A stretch of 56,853 nt of DNA, from contig JAHWHE010000060.1 in NCBI GenBank assembly GCA_019323495.1, forward strand, positions 1-56,853, read 5' to 3'. This document shows, piece by piece, positions 22,711 to 32,722 of the stretch. The notes below the pieces were generated by a model, which saw only the letters and a list, made by a program, of their open reading frames with translations, made no database searches and was not told where the DNA came from. The first letter of the stretch is position 1; each line of letters begins with the position of its first letter. Source of the stretch: Candidatus Woesearchaeota archaeon (GTDB taxonomy: Archaea > Nanobdellota > Nanobdellia > Woesearchaeales > WJKV01). The translations under genes and the position numbers were made by a program.

Positions 22711-23763
22711 ATGGATATCAAATCATCATCTATCTTAGCCGCATCAGTCATCATCATACTTCTATTTTCTATTTGTGTTAGTGCAAAAATAAACTGCATA
22801 GACATCCCAAAAGGGATCAACCAGTATCCTTGGCAGGAATACACGCCGCGAGAGATGCAGAACTATTTCCCGCAGTCGCTCGGCAAGGCAGACTTCTACA
22901 TTTACACGAACGGCTTTGTTATGGGCCAGGTTCTTTTTGACAGCCAGACAAAAGCAAAAGAAGACCTTGATAAGTACGCCCAGATATTTGGCTACAAGAG
23001 AACTTTGGAATCTGTCTGCGACGCAGGCCCTGGATTTTGGAATTCCGATATATTAAAGTCAGAATCGGGGGGCAGAGTCGGCAGCCTTTATTTTGTCCAG
23101 AACAAATGCATTGTGTTCATCGAAGCTCCAGAGATAATAAACAAGGAGAGCAGCACGGTCAGGTTGGCGCAAATGATCTGCCAAAGGCGCTCGAGCAAGG
23201 AATTGATCTGCAATGACGGAAAAGACAATGATGCAGATGGCAGGACAGACTGTGGGGACAGTGACTGTACAGAATTCTGCGAGACCATTTCAAAAAGAGA
23301 AGGCGCTGCAGCCACCCCTAGCACCACAACCACTGCGTCTAAAAACTGCAAGAATAAGGGAGAAGTCACCATGCAGGGCGATATTCCATGCTGTCCAGGC
23401 CTAACAGCTGTAAAATTCTGCGATTTTAAGGGCGTCTGTTATGATGATTTCAGCTATTGCCTTCCTTGCGGAAACAATGTTTGCGATGAGCTAGAGAACA
23501 AGGACAATTGTGCAATAGACTGCGCACCTGAAACACTGCCAACCACAGGTGTCGAAGACATCACGATCGAACCAGACCTGGCAGAAGCAGGACCTCTTCC
23601 AGAAGTTGAGACAGAAGAAAAGATAGGGATGATCACTTCAAAACCTCCGCTCGCTGCAAGATACAAACTAACACCTGCTCATGCAACAATACTGGTCATA
23701 GGAGTTATAATACTGATTCTGTTCATCTTGATCGTATTGTATCTGTTCAAGAAAAAACATTAA
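22711..23763 (+). CDS. secreted Cys-rich protein with C-terminal TM anchor
   Basis: Start taken at MDIKSSSILAASVIIILLFSICVSA (signal peptide), 9 nt after the pilin stop. Cys-rich module LICNDGKDNDADGRTDCGDSDCTEFC and further CxxC-rich stretches. C-terminal TM ILVIGVIILILFILIVLYLF followed by KKKH. Confidence 0.7.
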   Translation: MDIKSSSILAASVIIILLFSICVSAKINCIDIPKGINQYPWQEYTPREMQNYFPQSLGKADFYIYTNGFVMGQVLFDSQTKAKEDLDKYAQIFGYKRTLESVCDAGPGFWNSDILKSESGGRVGSLYFVQNKCIVFIEAPEIINKESSTVRLAQMICQRRSSKELICNDGKDNDADGRTDCGDSDCTEFCETISKREGAAATPSTTTTASKNCKNKGEVTMQGDIPCCPGLTAVKFCDFKGVCYDDFSYCLPCGNNVCDELENKDNCAIDCAPETLPTTGVEDITIEPDLAEAGPLPEVETEEKIGMITSKPPLAARYKLTPAHATILVIGVIILILFILIVLYLFKKKH

Positions 23764-23777
23764 GCTGAATATGTATC

Positions 23778-23874
23778 AAGCATAGTGTCTAGCGTAGCAA
23801 TTAAAATTAACAGTCAATTAACAATGACTCGGATGCACAGTCGAATGTAGAATATAGCGAAGCACACTATGCTT
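23778..23874 (+). repeat. copy B of the inverted-repeat-bounded intergenic element (best-preserved termini)
   Basis: AAGCATAGTGT-CTAGCGTAGC...ATAGCGAAGC-ACACTATGCTT. The terminal inverted repeat is a perfect 11 bp. It lies between two convergent stop codons. Confidence 0.8.
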
Positions 23875-23882
23875 CTTAAACC

Positions 23883-24482
23883 TTATCTGCTGCTGTCAGC
23901 CTGCCTTTCTAGTTCAAGTTTCTTGCTGACTGCGATTGATTGGTTGCTTTGGTTGTATGCTGCGATAATTTCGTCTGCAAGGGCTTCGAATGTCTTTTTC
24001 TTTTTATTGAAAGACTTGGCATACGCGCCTTGGGTGAACAATCTTAATGCAAAATCGACTCTTCTTTGCGGAGCGCTTTCAACTGCTTTTGGATAACGTG
24101 CGCCGCCGTATTCGATTGTGATGATTTCTTCTCGAGGTGCGCTGTTCTCAATTGCCCGCACAAGAACTTCAACAGGATTCTTTTTTGTTCTGCTTTCAAT
24201 GATTTCAAAAGCTTTCTCGACTATCTCTAATGCTTTGTGCCCTTTTCCAGTGTGATGGCCTGAAGTTATTGCGTGCTTCTTTCCTTTATGTCCTGTGACC
24301 ATCAGCTTGTTGACTAGTCTTTCTACGATATTCAAGTCGCTCTTATAGAATCTTGAATTAGTATTTCTTGCGCCAGTCTTAGGCACAACAACAGGCTTGA
24401 GAGTAATGTATCTGACCAAACCAGGATCCTGCACTTGGATTCCTGATGTCTCCCATCTGTTGAATACTTTAAGTTCTGCCAT
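23883..24482 (-). CDS. rps7: 30S ribosomal protein S7 (uS7)
   Basis: Typical archaeal uS7 sequence (LVNKLMVTGHKGKKH...ENSAPREEITTIEYGGARYP-type) in the position directly after S12. Confidence 0.95.
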   Translation of the reverse strand: MAELKVFNRWETSGIQVQDPGLVRYITLKPVVVPKTGARNTNSRFYKSDLNIVERLVNKLMVTGHKGKKHAITSGHHTGKGHKALEIVEKAFEIIESRTKKNPVEVLVRAIENSAPREEIITIEYGGARYPKAVESAPQRRVDFALRLFTQGAYAKSFNKKKKTFEALADEIIAAYNQSNQSIAVSKKLELERQADSSR

Positions 24483-24487
24483 TTTAT

Positions 24488-24925
24488 TTATCTTCTAGCT
24501 TTTTCCAGTTTTCCGCTTAATAGCGCTTTCAATGACTGGTCATTGACCTTGATTACCTGCCATCTAACTGCAGGGATGTCTCCTTTTGATCGTCCTTTTG
24601 TGCCGCCGATGCATTCGATTATGACTTCATCGTGTTCATCGACCATTTTAATTGCACCGTCGCCCGGAACGAATGCAGTGACCTGCTTTCCGTTCTTTAC
24701 CAATTGGACTCGTACGCATTTTCTCATCGCGCTGTTAGGCTGCTTTGCTTCTTTTTCTACCTTTTCAAGAACAATTGCTCTGCCTTGATGGACTCCTCCC
24801 AGCGGGTCTGCCTTTTCTCTAAGCTTGTAAGCCTTCCTGACCCATCTAGGATCAAGTTTTCTACTTTGTTTTCTTCGCTTCTTCAGCTTTTTTGCGCTTT
24901 TTAAGCCCCTTGGTTTCTTTCCCAT
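24488..24925 (-). CDS. rps12: 30S ribosomal protein S12 (uS12)
   Basis: [28 protein letters not shown]...[22 protein letters not shown] is the uS12 signature. Confidence 0.95.
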   Translation of the reverse strand: MGKKPRGLKSAKKLKKRRKQSRKLDPRWVRKAYKLREKADPLGGVHQGRAIVLEKVEKEAKQPNSAMRKCVRVQLVKNGKQVTAFVPGDGAIKMVDEHDEVIIECIGGTKGRSKGDIPAVRWQVIKVNDQSLKALLSGKLEKARR

Positions 24926-24947
24926 TTTCGTATGTGATTGATTATAA

Positions 24948-25358
24948 TTATGCTATTTTTATCTCGTCAAGCTTGAAATAGCGTTTAACAGCCTTTTCAA
25001 GCCCCCTTAGTGCTTGAGCATTTCTGCCTATTAATAAAGCTTTCGTTTTTCTGTCCTCAACAGTGATAGTAATAATCCCCTCTTCTTCTGTGATGGAATC
25101 CGCTTTCAAAGGGTATATCATATTCTGTATAAATGTCTTCAAATCTGCATTGAATTCAACGATCTTGATGTTCTTTTTGAACTTCTCCCGAAGCCTTTTG
25201 GCATTTACGCCTTTTGCACCTACTGCTTTCCACAACTGAGCAGGCTGGACTACAAAAACCAAAAGATCGTCCATCTCGAAGAAGTCCTTCAGTTTGCTTT
25301 GAGTTAGTTTTTCAAAGAAAGACATAACTTGCAAACTTTGTTGGTCGTATTTTATCAT
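24948..25358 (-). CDS. nusA: archaeal NusA-like transcription termination/antitermination protein (two KH domains)
   Basis: ~136 aa with KH GxxG-like segments ([24 protein letters not shown]), in the conserved position between L30e and S12. Confidence 0.85.
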   Translation of the reverse strand: MIKYDQQSLQVMSFFEKLTQSKLKDFFEMDDLLVFVVQPAQLWKAVGAKGVNAKRLREKFKKNIKIVEFNADLKTFIQNMIYPLKADSITEEEGIITITVEDRKTKALLIGRNAQALRGLEKAVKRYFKLDEIKIA

Positions 25359-25609
25359 TTCTCTTTCAAATATCCGATTACCGATATCGCATAAGGTTTC
25401 TTGCAGATGATTCCTAACTCTGTATTTGTCTTATCCAGCTGTTCTATCTTCACTTCATCGCTGAATCTTAGAATCTCTTCCTTCACTTCAGTAGGACAAT
25501 TCTTTGTAATCAAGACTTTCTCGATCTTTCCCAATCTTAGGTTTTTCATTGTCAGATCTGTGCCGATAACAACTTGGCCTTTCTCTAGTCGTGTTTTCAA
25601 GTCTTTCAT
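25355..25609 (-). CDS. rpl30e: 50S ribosomal protein L30e (eL30)
   Basis: GQVVIGTDLTMKNLRLGKIEKVLITKNCP...ELGIICKKPYAISVIGY fits the eL30 pattern. It sits in the conserved position after rpoA''. Confidence 0.85.
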   Translation of the reverse strand: MKDLKTRLEKGQVVIGTDLTMKNLRLGKIEKVLITKNCPTEVKEEILRFSDEVKIEQLDKTNTELGIICKKPYAISVIGYLKEK

Positions 25610-26760
25610 TTTTTACCACTACCTTCTGATTTTATCCTTAATCCTGGCAGGCCTGTACCTGCAGGAATTGGCTGATTTATCATGACATTCTCAATAACGC
25701 TTGATAGGTTGTCTATTTCTCCTCTTTCACTGGCAGCGATAATGTGCTTGATTGGCGTTTCGAAACTTGCTCTTGCCAGCACACTGCTTTTCTCGCCGAC
25801 AATTCCGTATCTTGTGATTCCCTTGACTTCTCCTGTTGCGCACATCGTGTCAGTCGCAAGCATAATGTGCCTTATATCGATATTGATGCCTTGGTCTTCC
25901 AGCACCTTGATCGCTTCCTCGATTATCAGCTGTCTTGCAGCTTCTAGACCAAGAACTTTTTGGGTTTCAAAAACATCATTGCACTTTGTTTTAGAGCTGT
26001 CCACTTCTTCAAGCAGAAGAACCTTTTTCAGGTTGCTGCCAGCAGTCATAATGACATATTCGTCTCCTTTCTTCACAGGAAGGACTTGTCTTATTCCTTT
26101 TATGCCTGCAACAAAAGTCTTTTTCGCTTCTTCCTTCAGGGCGTACAGCTTGTTCAGCTCCTCGCCTTCTTTTGTAAGTTTGATAAAAATAGAATCTTCC
26201 TTGTTCCGGACATTAACATTTCTCAGCGATTTTTGCAGCACCTTTGCGATAATCTGCGCTTTCAAGCCGTATTTATTCAATAAATTGCTGTCCAGCGCGA
26301 CTTCAACTGTTGCTTCCGCAACATTAACCTCGAATGTTTTAGTAAGTTCACCTAAGCTGGTTTCCTTGATTTTCGCAGCTATCTTGCTCACTTTATCAGG
26401 AGAAGGATTCTTGTCAGCAAGATATATTTCCATCGATGGTGTAACTAGTTGCTTTCTTCCGTCGAATATCTCGATTAATCTTGGCAGTCCGATCGTGACT
26501 TGCAGCTCGCTGACTCCTCCTGCGTGCTTTGTGTTCAGCGTCATCTGCGTTCCAGGCTCTCCCATGCTTTCTGCTGCGATCAACCCGACGCTTTCTCCAG
26601 GGTCTATCTTTGCAAGTTCGTTTTCCTGCTTAAGTTTTTCCAGGATCAATTGCACATCGCTCTTCTTGACCTTGGCTGGCAGCCTGTTTTTTACATTTTG
26701 CAGCAATAACTCTGATAAAATGCCTTCATACTGCTTGAACAAATCATCGTATTCTGCCAT
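25606..26760 (-). CDS. rpoA2: DNA-directed RNA polymerase subunit A''
   Basis: GESVGLIAAESMGEPGTQMTLNTKHAGGV and C-terminal ...NVMINQPIPAGTG. I prefer ATG 26760 (MAEYDD), 2 nt after the rpoA' stop with GGAG upstream. The ORF track alternative is 26775. Confidence 0.95.
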   Translation of the reverse strand: MAEYDDLFKQYEGILSELLLQNVKNRLPAKVKKSDVQLILEKLKQENELAKIDPGESVGLIAAESMGEPGTQMTLNTKHAGGVSELQVTIGLPRLIEIFDGRKQLVTPSMEIYLADKNPSPDKVSKIAAKIKETSLGELTKTFEVNVAEATVEVALDSNLLNKYGLKAQIIAKVLQKSLRNVNVRNKEDSIFIKLTKEGEELNKLYALKEEAKKTFVAGIKGIRQVLPVKKGDEYVIMTAGSNLKKVLLLEEVDSSKTKCNDVFETQKVLGLEAARQLIIEEAIKVLEDQGINIDIRHIMLATDTMCATGEVKGITRYGIVGEKSSVLARASFETPIKHIIAASERGEIDNLSSVIENVMINQPIPAGTGLPGLRIKSEGSGKK

Positions 26761-26762
26761 TT

Positions 26763-29390
26763 TTATTCTCCGCATATGTCTGTAATTATTTTTTGCACAT
26801 TGATCGTGCCTTGCTCGCTTTTTGAAACATCAATTCCGTCTTCACCATATTCAAACTGGATTATTTGTCCTGAACAATCTCTGACTGTTCCGTCATATTC
26901 AACTTTCAGATCCTGCATCGCGTTGCTCAATCTTCTATACAAGTAACCTGATTTTGGAGTTCTAAGTGCCGTGTCCATCAGGCTGTCCCTTCCTGTCATT
27001 GCGTTGTAGAAGTATTCAGACGGCTGCAGTCCGTGCTTGAAACCATTCTTGATAAATCCTCTTGCTGATGCGCCGAGATCTCCTCTTTGGAAGCAAGGCA
27101 GGCTTCTATCAATATAGCCTTCGCCGATCCTTTGCCCTTTCATACTCTGCTGTCCTACGCAGGCACTCATCATTGCAAGGTTCAAAAGTTTGGCTCTGCC
27201 GCATCTCGCCATGATCATAACTGGATTCTGCTCACTACTTTGCTCTGCCACAATCTCTCCTGCTGCATTTCTAGCCCTGTTCAACACGCTAAGAGTTCTT
27301 ATCTCAAGTGTTTCCTTCCTAGTTCTTCCTGGCAGGGGCTCAAGTTCCTTGCTATTGTATTGCTCGATAAGTCTGTCAACTTCTTCTAATGCCTTTTCAA
27401 CTTCTTCCTCGATCTTTTTCTTTGCATCTTCTGTGATTTCAACATCACTCAACCCTATCGTGAAGCCTCTCTTCAATAGAACTTTGATTCCCAATTTGAA
27501 CATGTTCGTAAGGATTTCTGCAGTCTTGCTCGGACCGTACTGTTTATGTATTGTTCTCAAAAGCAGTCCCTTGCCTGCGCTTAATTGTTTTGCGTCGACC
27601 ACGCCTGTCAATAATTTCCCTTCCTTGATCTCTATCCTTGCGTCAAGCTCGCACTTGCCGCTTTTCCACATCTTGCATTCTTTGCAAGGGATCGCAGGCG
27701 CAATGCAGACTCCGTTTCTTCCTAGGAAATTGAAATCGTCAGGCAGCAATACGCTGAATATCTCTTTTCCGCTCAACTTTTCCTTCTTTCCAAGCTTGCT
27801 GGCGTCATCGATGCCTACAGAATACAGTAATTCTACTGCTTCACCCCTGTCAAAGGTCAGGTCTTTTGTAAGCAGGTAATTTCCAGTTACTGCATCCTGT
27901 GTGCAGCCCATGATTGTCAGGCCCAATGCAGGACTGACCAATTGAGTAGAAACTTCCAGCAGCAATTCTGCTTCTGCTCGAGCCTCTTCTGTCTGTGGAA
28001 TATGAAGATTCATTTCATCGCCGTCGAAATCTGCGTTGTAAGGATGACAAACAGCAACGTTCAGTCTGAAGGTTTTGCCGTCTAGAACCTTGACCTTATG
28101 GCACATCATGCTCATCCTGTGCAGAGAAGGCTGTCTGTTGAACAGAGCAATGTCTCCGTCGATGATGTGTCTTTCAACAATATAACCAGGCTCTAATTCT
28201 TCCAAAAGTTCTTCCTTTGTTTCATCTGTGATTCTTTTTCTTCTGCCGTCTGGCCTTATCACATAATTAGCACCTGGATATTTCACAGGGCCTTTTTCTA
28301 TCAAGGTTTTCAGATATTCTATGTTCCAGGAATTTACTCTCTCTGGAATTGTAAGCTTCATAGCCATCTCGCTTGGCATGCCTACTTCATTGATCTTAAG
28401 CATTGCGTCTGGGCTGATTACGCTTCTTGCGCTAAAATTGGTTCTTTTACCTGCAAGATTATGCCTTATCCTGCCCTGTTTGCTCTCAATCCTGTCCCTC
28501 AGGGTTTTCAGCGGCTCTCCGCTTCTATGCCTTGCAGGAGGCAGCTGCGCAACATTGTTCTTGAAGAATGTTGTAACGTGATACTGCAACAGGTCCCACA
28601 AATCTTCTATGATGATTTCAGGCGCGCCTGCATTGATATTTTCGAACAATCTTTGGTTTATCCTAACAATGTCTCCCAGTTTATGGGTCAGGTCGTCTTC
28701 GCTTCTCTCACCAGACTGCAATGTGATAGAAGGCCTCATGCTTACGCTCGGAATAGGAAGCACAGTCAGTACTGTCCATTCCGGCCTCATCGCTTCAGAG
28801 TCGATGCCGAACAATTCCATGTCTTTGTCAGGTACCTTTTCCAGCCTGCTCCTAACTTCGATCGGAGAAATCCTTTTGTCCTTCTCCATGAATCTTGTTG
28901 GTTTTTCAAGGCTGACTGCTGTTTGCCTGCTTCTGCAATGAGGGCATTTGTTGTTCGCTCTCGCTTTCTGCAGGAACAGTTTGATCGTGACATCTCTTTC
29001 TTTCAATCCCCTTTCTTTTTCAACTTTCTTTAATTTTCTTTTCTGGGCTGAGATTTCTGCATCGCTTGCAAGGATTCTTCCGCACTCCCTGCAGGTGCAT
29101 CTCAAAAGATTCAAAACAGTTGTGACAAACATAATATGTATTACAGGTCTTGCCAATTCAATGTATCCGTGATGCCCAGGGCATTCCTTAAGCTTGTTTC
29201 CGCAAGTCTTGCAAGTCAATCCTGGATCAACTACGCCTAGCCTTATATCCATCAATCCGCCGTCGACAGGGTATCCTTCTTTGTCGTATAATTCAGGCGT
29301 GACCACTTTAGCAGCAGCTATCTGCTTTATTATTTTAGGTGAAAATACCTTGAACTGGATGCTCTTGACTTTTTTGTTTGCTGTTTGCAT
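26763..29390 (-). CDS. rpoA1: DNA-directed RNA polymerase subunit A'
   Basis: Zinc-ribbon region CKTCGNKLKECPGHHGYIEL and catalytic NADFDGDEMN motif. Confidence 0.97.
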   Translation of the reverse strand: MQTANKKVKSIQFKVFSPKIIKQIAAAKVVTPELYDKEGYPVDGGLMDIRLGVVDPGLTCKTCGNKLKECPGHHGYIELARPVIHIMFVTTVLNLLRCTCRECGRILASDAEISAQKRKLKKVEKERGLKERDVTIKLFLQKARANNKCPHCRSRQTAVSLEKPTRFMEKDKRISPIEVRSRLEKVPDKDMELFGIDSEAMRPEWTVLTVLPIPSVSMRPSITLQSGERSEDDLTHKLGDIVRINQRLFENINAGAPEIIIEDLWDLLQYHVTTFFKNNVAQLPPARHRSGEPLKTLRDRIESKQGRIRHNLAGKRTNFSARSVISPDAMLKINEVGMPSEMAMKLTIPERVNSWNIEYLKTLIEKGPVKYPGANYVIRPDGRRKRITDETKEELLEELEPGYIVERHIIDGDIALFNRQPSLHRMSMMCHKVKVLDGKTFRLNVAVCHPYNADFDGDEMNLHIPQTEEARAEAELLLEVSTQLVSPALGLTIMGCTQDAVTGNYLLTKDLTFDRGEAVELLYSVGIDDASKLGKKEKLSGKEIFSVLLPDDFNFLGRNGVCIAPAIPCKECKMWKSGKCELDARIEIKEGKLLTGVVDAKQLSAGKGLLLRTIHKQYGPSKTAEILTNMFKLGIKVLLKRGFTIGLSDVEITEDAKKKIEEEVEKALEEVDRLIEQYNSKELEPLPGRTRKETLEIRTLSVLNRARNAAGEIVAEQSSEQNPVMIMARCGRAKLLNLAMMSACVGQQSMKGQRIGEGYIDRSLPCFQRGDLGASARGFIKNGFKHGLQPSEYFYNAMTGRDSLMDTALRTPKSGYLYRRLSNAMQDLKVEYDGTVRDCSGQIIQFEYGEDGIDVSKSEQGTINVQKIITDICGE

Positions 29391-29391
29391 T

Positions 29392-31194
29392 TTAGTATTG
29401 GTCCTCCAGGGTAATCTTTGGGAACACTGTCATGCTTTTTAGCTCGTCCAATAATAGTTTGAAAGCATAGCTCATTTCAACATAACTGATGACAACATTC
29501 TCGCCGCAATTAGGGCAATATTGCCTGTTCTTGAACTTGTCGTCGGTCGCGATCATGCCGCAATTCTCACAGACAGGTATCAGTGTTTTGTCTGAATCGA
29601 ACCTTTCCTTCAGAAGCAGGCTGGCTCCGTGCGCGACAAATGTGTCTTTCTCCATCTCTCCTAGCCTTAGTCCGCCTTCTTTTGCTTTACCTTCTGTAGG
29701 CTGTCTTGTCAGCAATGCGATTGGTCCTGTTGCTCTGCTCTGCATCCTGTTCGCAACAAGATGCTTCAATTTCAAATAGTATTGATTTCCAATAAAGATC
29801 TTGACTTTGAATTCCTCTCCTGTCAGCCCGTTATACAGTGTTTCGGTACCGTTTTCTCTGAAGCCCAATGAAAGCAATTCCTGCCTCAAAGCTTCTTCTG
29901 GTTCTGCATCGAAAGCAGTCCCATCAATAGGCCTTCCGTTCAATGCGCTGACTTTCCCCCCTACCAATTCTATCAGATGAGAGATAGTCATTCTTGTAGG
30001 GATGCTGTGAGGGCTGAAAATAATATCAGGAACTATTCCGCTGGCGCTGAATGGCATGTCTGATTGTGGGAATATCATGCCCACTACTCCTTTCTGTCCG
30101 TGCCTGCTGCTGAATTTGTCGCCGATTTCAGGCAGTCTTTGGTCTCTTACCCTTACCTGCACGAATTTATTTCCTTCTTCATTCTCGGTGACGACGACAA
30201 AGTCCACGATGCCTCTTTCGCCATGCCTTATAGTGGTGCTGCTTTCTCGTCTGTGGCTGCTTCCGAGAGTGTATTCATCCATTCCGCTCAAGAATCTTGG
30301 CGGGCTTGTCTTGCCGATAAGAACATCATCAGGATTTACTTCTGATTCTATGTACGCGATGCCGTCCTCGTTCAAGAACCTGTAATCCCTTTCACTCTTG
30401 TATCCCTTGACATCCTTGTCAGGAATGCAGATCTGGTCAACCAGACCTCCGCTGTATCTCAATTCTTCTCCGACATAAGGTCTGAAATAAGTGCTTCTTG
30501 CAAGTCCTCTATCGACGCTGCTCTTGTTGATGATGATTGCGTCGTCCATGTTATAGCCCTCATAGCTAAGGATCGCTACAACAACATTTTGTCCTGCAGG
30601 ATGCTCATCTTCGTGAGAAATATCATACATCAGGCTCTTTACCAACGGAACCTGAGGGTAATGCAGTAAATGTACATCAGTGTCTATTCTTACGGGATAA
30701 TTCGCGCTATAGAATCCAATCGCCTGCTTCAGTCCTTTGCTTCCGCCGTGCGCCCTTGTAGCCAGGCAGAAATTAGCGTATGGAACTAAAGAGGTCGCCA
30801 GGCTGAAGATTACGAACGGTGCGATCTCCAAGTGCGTGTGTGCTTTTGTAAGTTCATGATGGTAAAAAGCGATCAAGCAGTTTTCTTCTTCAGAAGCATC
30901 CACGTATTCTATGACTCCTTGCTTGACAAGGTCGTCCCAATTGACCTCGCCTTTCTCTAATTTCTCTATGTGATCTAAAGTAAGCTTGCTTTCTCCGTTC
31001 TCGACAATGATCAAAGGTCTTCTGATTCTGCCTTTGTTCAACTCAATATGGATCTCGTCAGAATTTTGGTCGTATCTTATGTTAAGCTCGCTGTTCAGAT
31101 TGTTTACTCTTCTCTCTGCCTTGACTTGCTCGATGAACAGCAAAGGCTCTTCAACTTTTCCCACGAAATTTGAATCGATGTATACTTCTGCCAT
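29392..31194 (-). CDS. rpoB1: DNA-directed RNA polymerase subunit B' (C-terminal half of split RpoB)
   Basis: GDKFSSRHGQKGV, LGEMEKD and the C-terminal Zn ribbon CENCG...CPNCG. Confidence 0.97.
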   Translation of the reverse strand: MAEVYIDSNFVGKVEEPLLFIEQVKAERRVNNLNSELNIRYDQNSDEIHIELNKGRIRRPLIIVENGESKLTLDHIEKLEKGEVNWDDLVKQGVIEYVDASEEENCLIAFYHHELTKAHTHLEIAPFVIFSLATSLVPYANFCLATRAHGGSKGLKQAIGFYSANYPVRIDTDVHLLHYPQVPLVKSLMYDISHEDEHPAGQNVVVAILSYEGYNMDDAIIINKSSVDRGLARSTYFRPYVGEELRYSGGLVDQICIPDKDVKGYKSERDYRFLNEDGIAYIESEVNPDDVLIGKTSPPRFLSGMDEYTLGSSHRRESSTTIRHGERGIVDFVVVTENEEGNKFVQVRVRDQRLPEIGDKFSSRHGQKGVVGMIFPQSDMPFSASGIVPDIIFSPHSIPTRMTISHLIELVGGKVSALNGRPIDGTAFDAEPEEALRQELLSLGFRENGTETLYNGLTGEEFKVKIFIGNQYYLKLKHLVANRMQSRATGPIALLTRQPTEGKAKEGGLRLGEMEKDTFVAHGASLLLKERFDSDKTLIPVCENCGMIATDDKFKNRQYCPNCGENVVISYVEMSYAFKLLLDELKSMTVFPKITLEDQY

Positions 31195-31223
31195 TTTTAT
31201 TTTTTATTTTGCTTTTTTTGTGT

Positions 31224-32720
31224 TTATCTCACTGACCGCAATCCAAGATTTCTTAGATTCTCCAGGATTTTATCTTTTTCACTGTCTTCAACTCCCTGCG
31301 AAACACTGGCAAGCAAACTTAGATTCTTCCTTAAACCAATGTTTGTTCCGTCAGGAGTTTCAATCGGACACAATCTTCCAAGATGTGTTGAATGCAACGC
31401 CCTCGCTTCAAAATTTTCCTGGCTAGGAGATAGAGGGCTGACAACTCTCTGCAGGTGCGAGACAATTTCCAGGTTATTGATTCTTTGCAGCCTTTGACTG
31501 ATACCTTTTCTTCCTCCTACCCAATTGCCGGTTGCCATGGCGCTGTAGATGCTGTTGGTAAGAAGCTTGTCCCTGATTATGACCTTGATTGACGGGAACT
31601 TTCCTCTCTTGACAATCCTCTGGAAGTTGTACAGCAGGTCTTTGACCAGGCTCTTCAGGTTTGTCCTGAACAAGTCTTCAAGCAAGTCTCCGCTCAATTT
31701 CAATCTCTTGTTCGCATAATGGTCCTTATCGTCAAGAAGGACTTCCCCTCTTGTCGCCTTGATGAACTTCTTGATCATCTTGCATAAGTTGTATGCCTTG
31801 TATATCCTGTCTTCCTTGGTTATGCCCAGATGAGGAAGAAGATATTTGTCAAGAGTCTCTCTCATTCTTTGTATCCTGATCTCTTTTGGTTTTGTGCTCT
31901 TTAATTTCTTTGCAATGAAATCAAGCGCATCTTCTTCTGTCTTGACGTCTGTGAAATTGTAAAGATTGATCAGAACTTCTTCGTAATCTTCCTTGCTGCT
32001 GACAAAATGAGTAATTTCTTCGTCCTTCAGCAGACCAAGGGCCTTTATGATGACCATCAAAGGAATTCGCTGTACTCTTGTGAAAGAAAGATAGAAAATT
32101 CCATCCCTAGGTTTTTCCACTTTATGCGGAATCCTGTAGCTTCCTCTCTGTGAAAATAATTTTCCAACATACTCGCTGGTTCCTACTGTAGGTTTCTCGA
32201 TGAAAAACTTGTTGCTTGCAAGATCTTCCACATCTATCAGAACTCTTTCAGTTCCATTGATTATGAAATAACCACCAGGGTCATTAGGGTCTTCTCCTGA
32301 TTCTATCAATTCTTCCCTGCTCATTCCTTTCAGGTGGCAGATGTCGCTTTTCAGCATAACAGGTAGTCTTCCCACATTTGTCGTAAAGCTTTCCCTCTGG
32401 ACGCCATTGATATGGGTTGAAACATCGATATAAACTGTCGCTGCATAGCTTATGTTTCTCAGTCTCGCTTCTCTTGGAAGAATCTTTCTTTCGCTGCCGT
32501 CAGCCTCGACAATCATTGGTTTTGCAACTCGTATGTTGTCGAATTTGATCTTCAGCTCATCTATATCGTGAGGAATAATTGTCGGCTCAATGTCCTCTAA
32601 CTCTGTAATTATCTTTGACAAGCCGAAATTGATGAAATTATTATAGGATTCTATGTCAGAACTTACAAAAGTTCTTTTTAAGAAATGTGATTTGATCAGT
32701 GTTTCAAATTTTCTTGACAT
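31224..32720 (-). CDS. rpoB2: DNA-directed RNA polymerase subunit B'' (N-terminal half of split RpoB)
   Basis: N-terminal RpoB conserved regions (FIINGTERVLI, ...HLGRLCPIETPDGTNIGL). Confidence 0.97.
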   Translation of the reverse strand: MSRKFETLIKSHFLKRTFVSSDIESYNNFINFGLSKIITELEDIEPTIIPHDIDELKIKFDNIRVAKPMIVEADGSERKILPREARLRNISYAATVYIDVSTHINGVQRESFTTNVGRLPVMLKSDICHLKGMSREELIESGEDPNDPGGYFIINGTERVLIDVEDLASNKFFIEKPTVGTSEYVGKLFSQRGSYRIPHKVEKPRDGIFYLSFTRVQRIPLMVIIKALGLLKDEEITHFVSSKEDYEEVLINLYNFTDVKTEEDALDFIAKKLKSTKPKEIRIQRMRETLDKYLLPHLGITKEDRIYKAYNLCKMIKKFIKATRGEVLLDDKDHYANKRLKLSGDLLEDLFRTNLKSLVKDLLYNFQRIVKRGKFPSIKVIIRDKLLTNSIYSAMATGNWVGGRKGISQRLQRINNLEIVSHLQRVVSPLSPSQENFEARALHSTHLGRLCPIETPDGTNIGLRKNLSLLASVSQGVEDSEKDKILENLRNLGLRSVR

Positions 32721-32722
32721 GT

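Noticed and set aside
25682-26785. 367-aa plus-strand ORF
   Set aside because: It lies entirely antisense to the highly conserved rpoA'' gene and its product is Ser/Leu/Phe-rich low complexity. Lys/Glu-rich coding strands in this AT-rich genome leave the antisense frames poor in stop codons.
27190-27879. 229-aa plus-strand ORF
   Set aside because: Antisense to rpoA' and low complexity, the same artefact as above. The same applies to 21574-22200, 5121-5678, 5799-6347, 8891-9490, 41356-41760 and 28461-29033.
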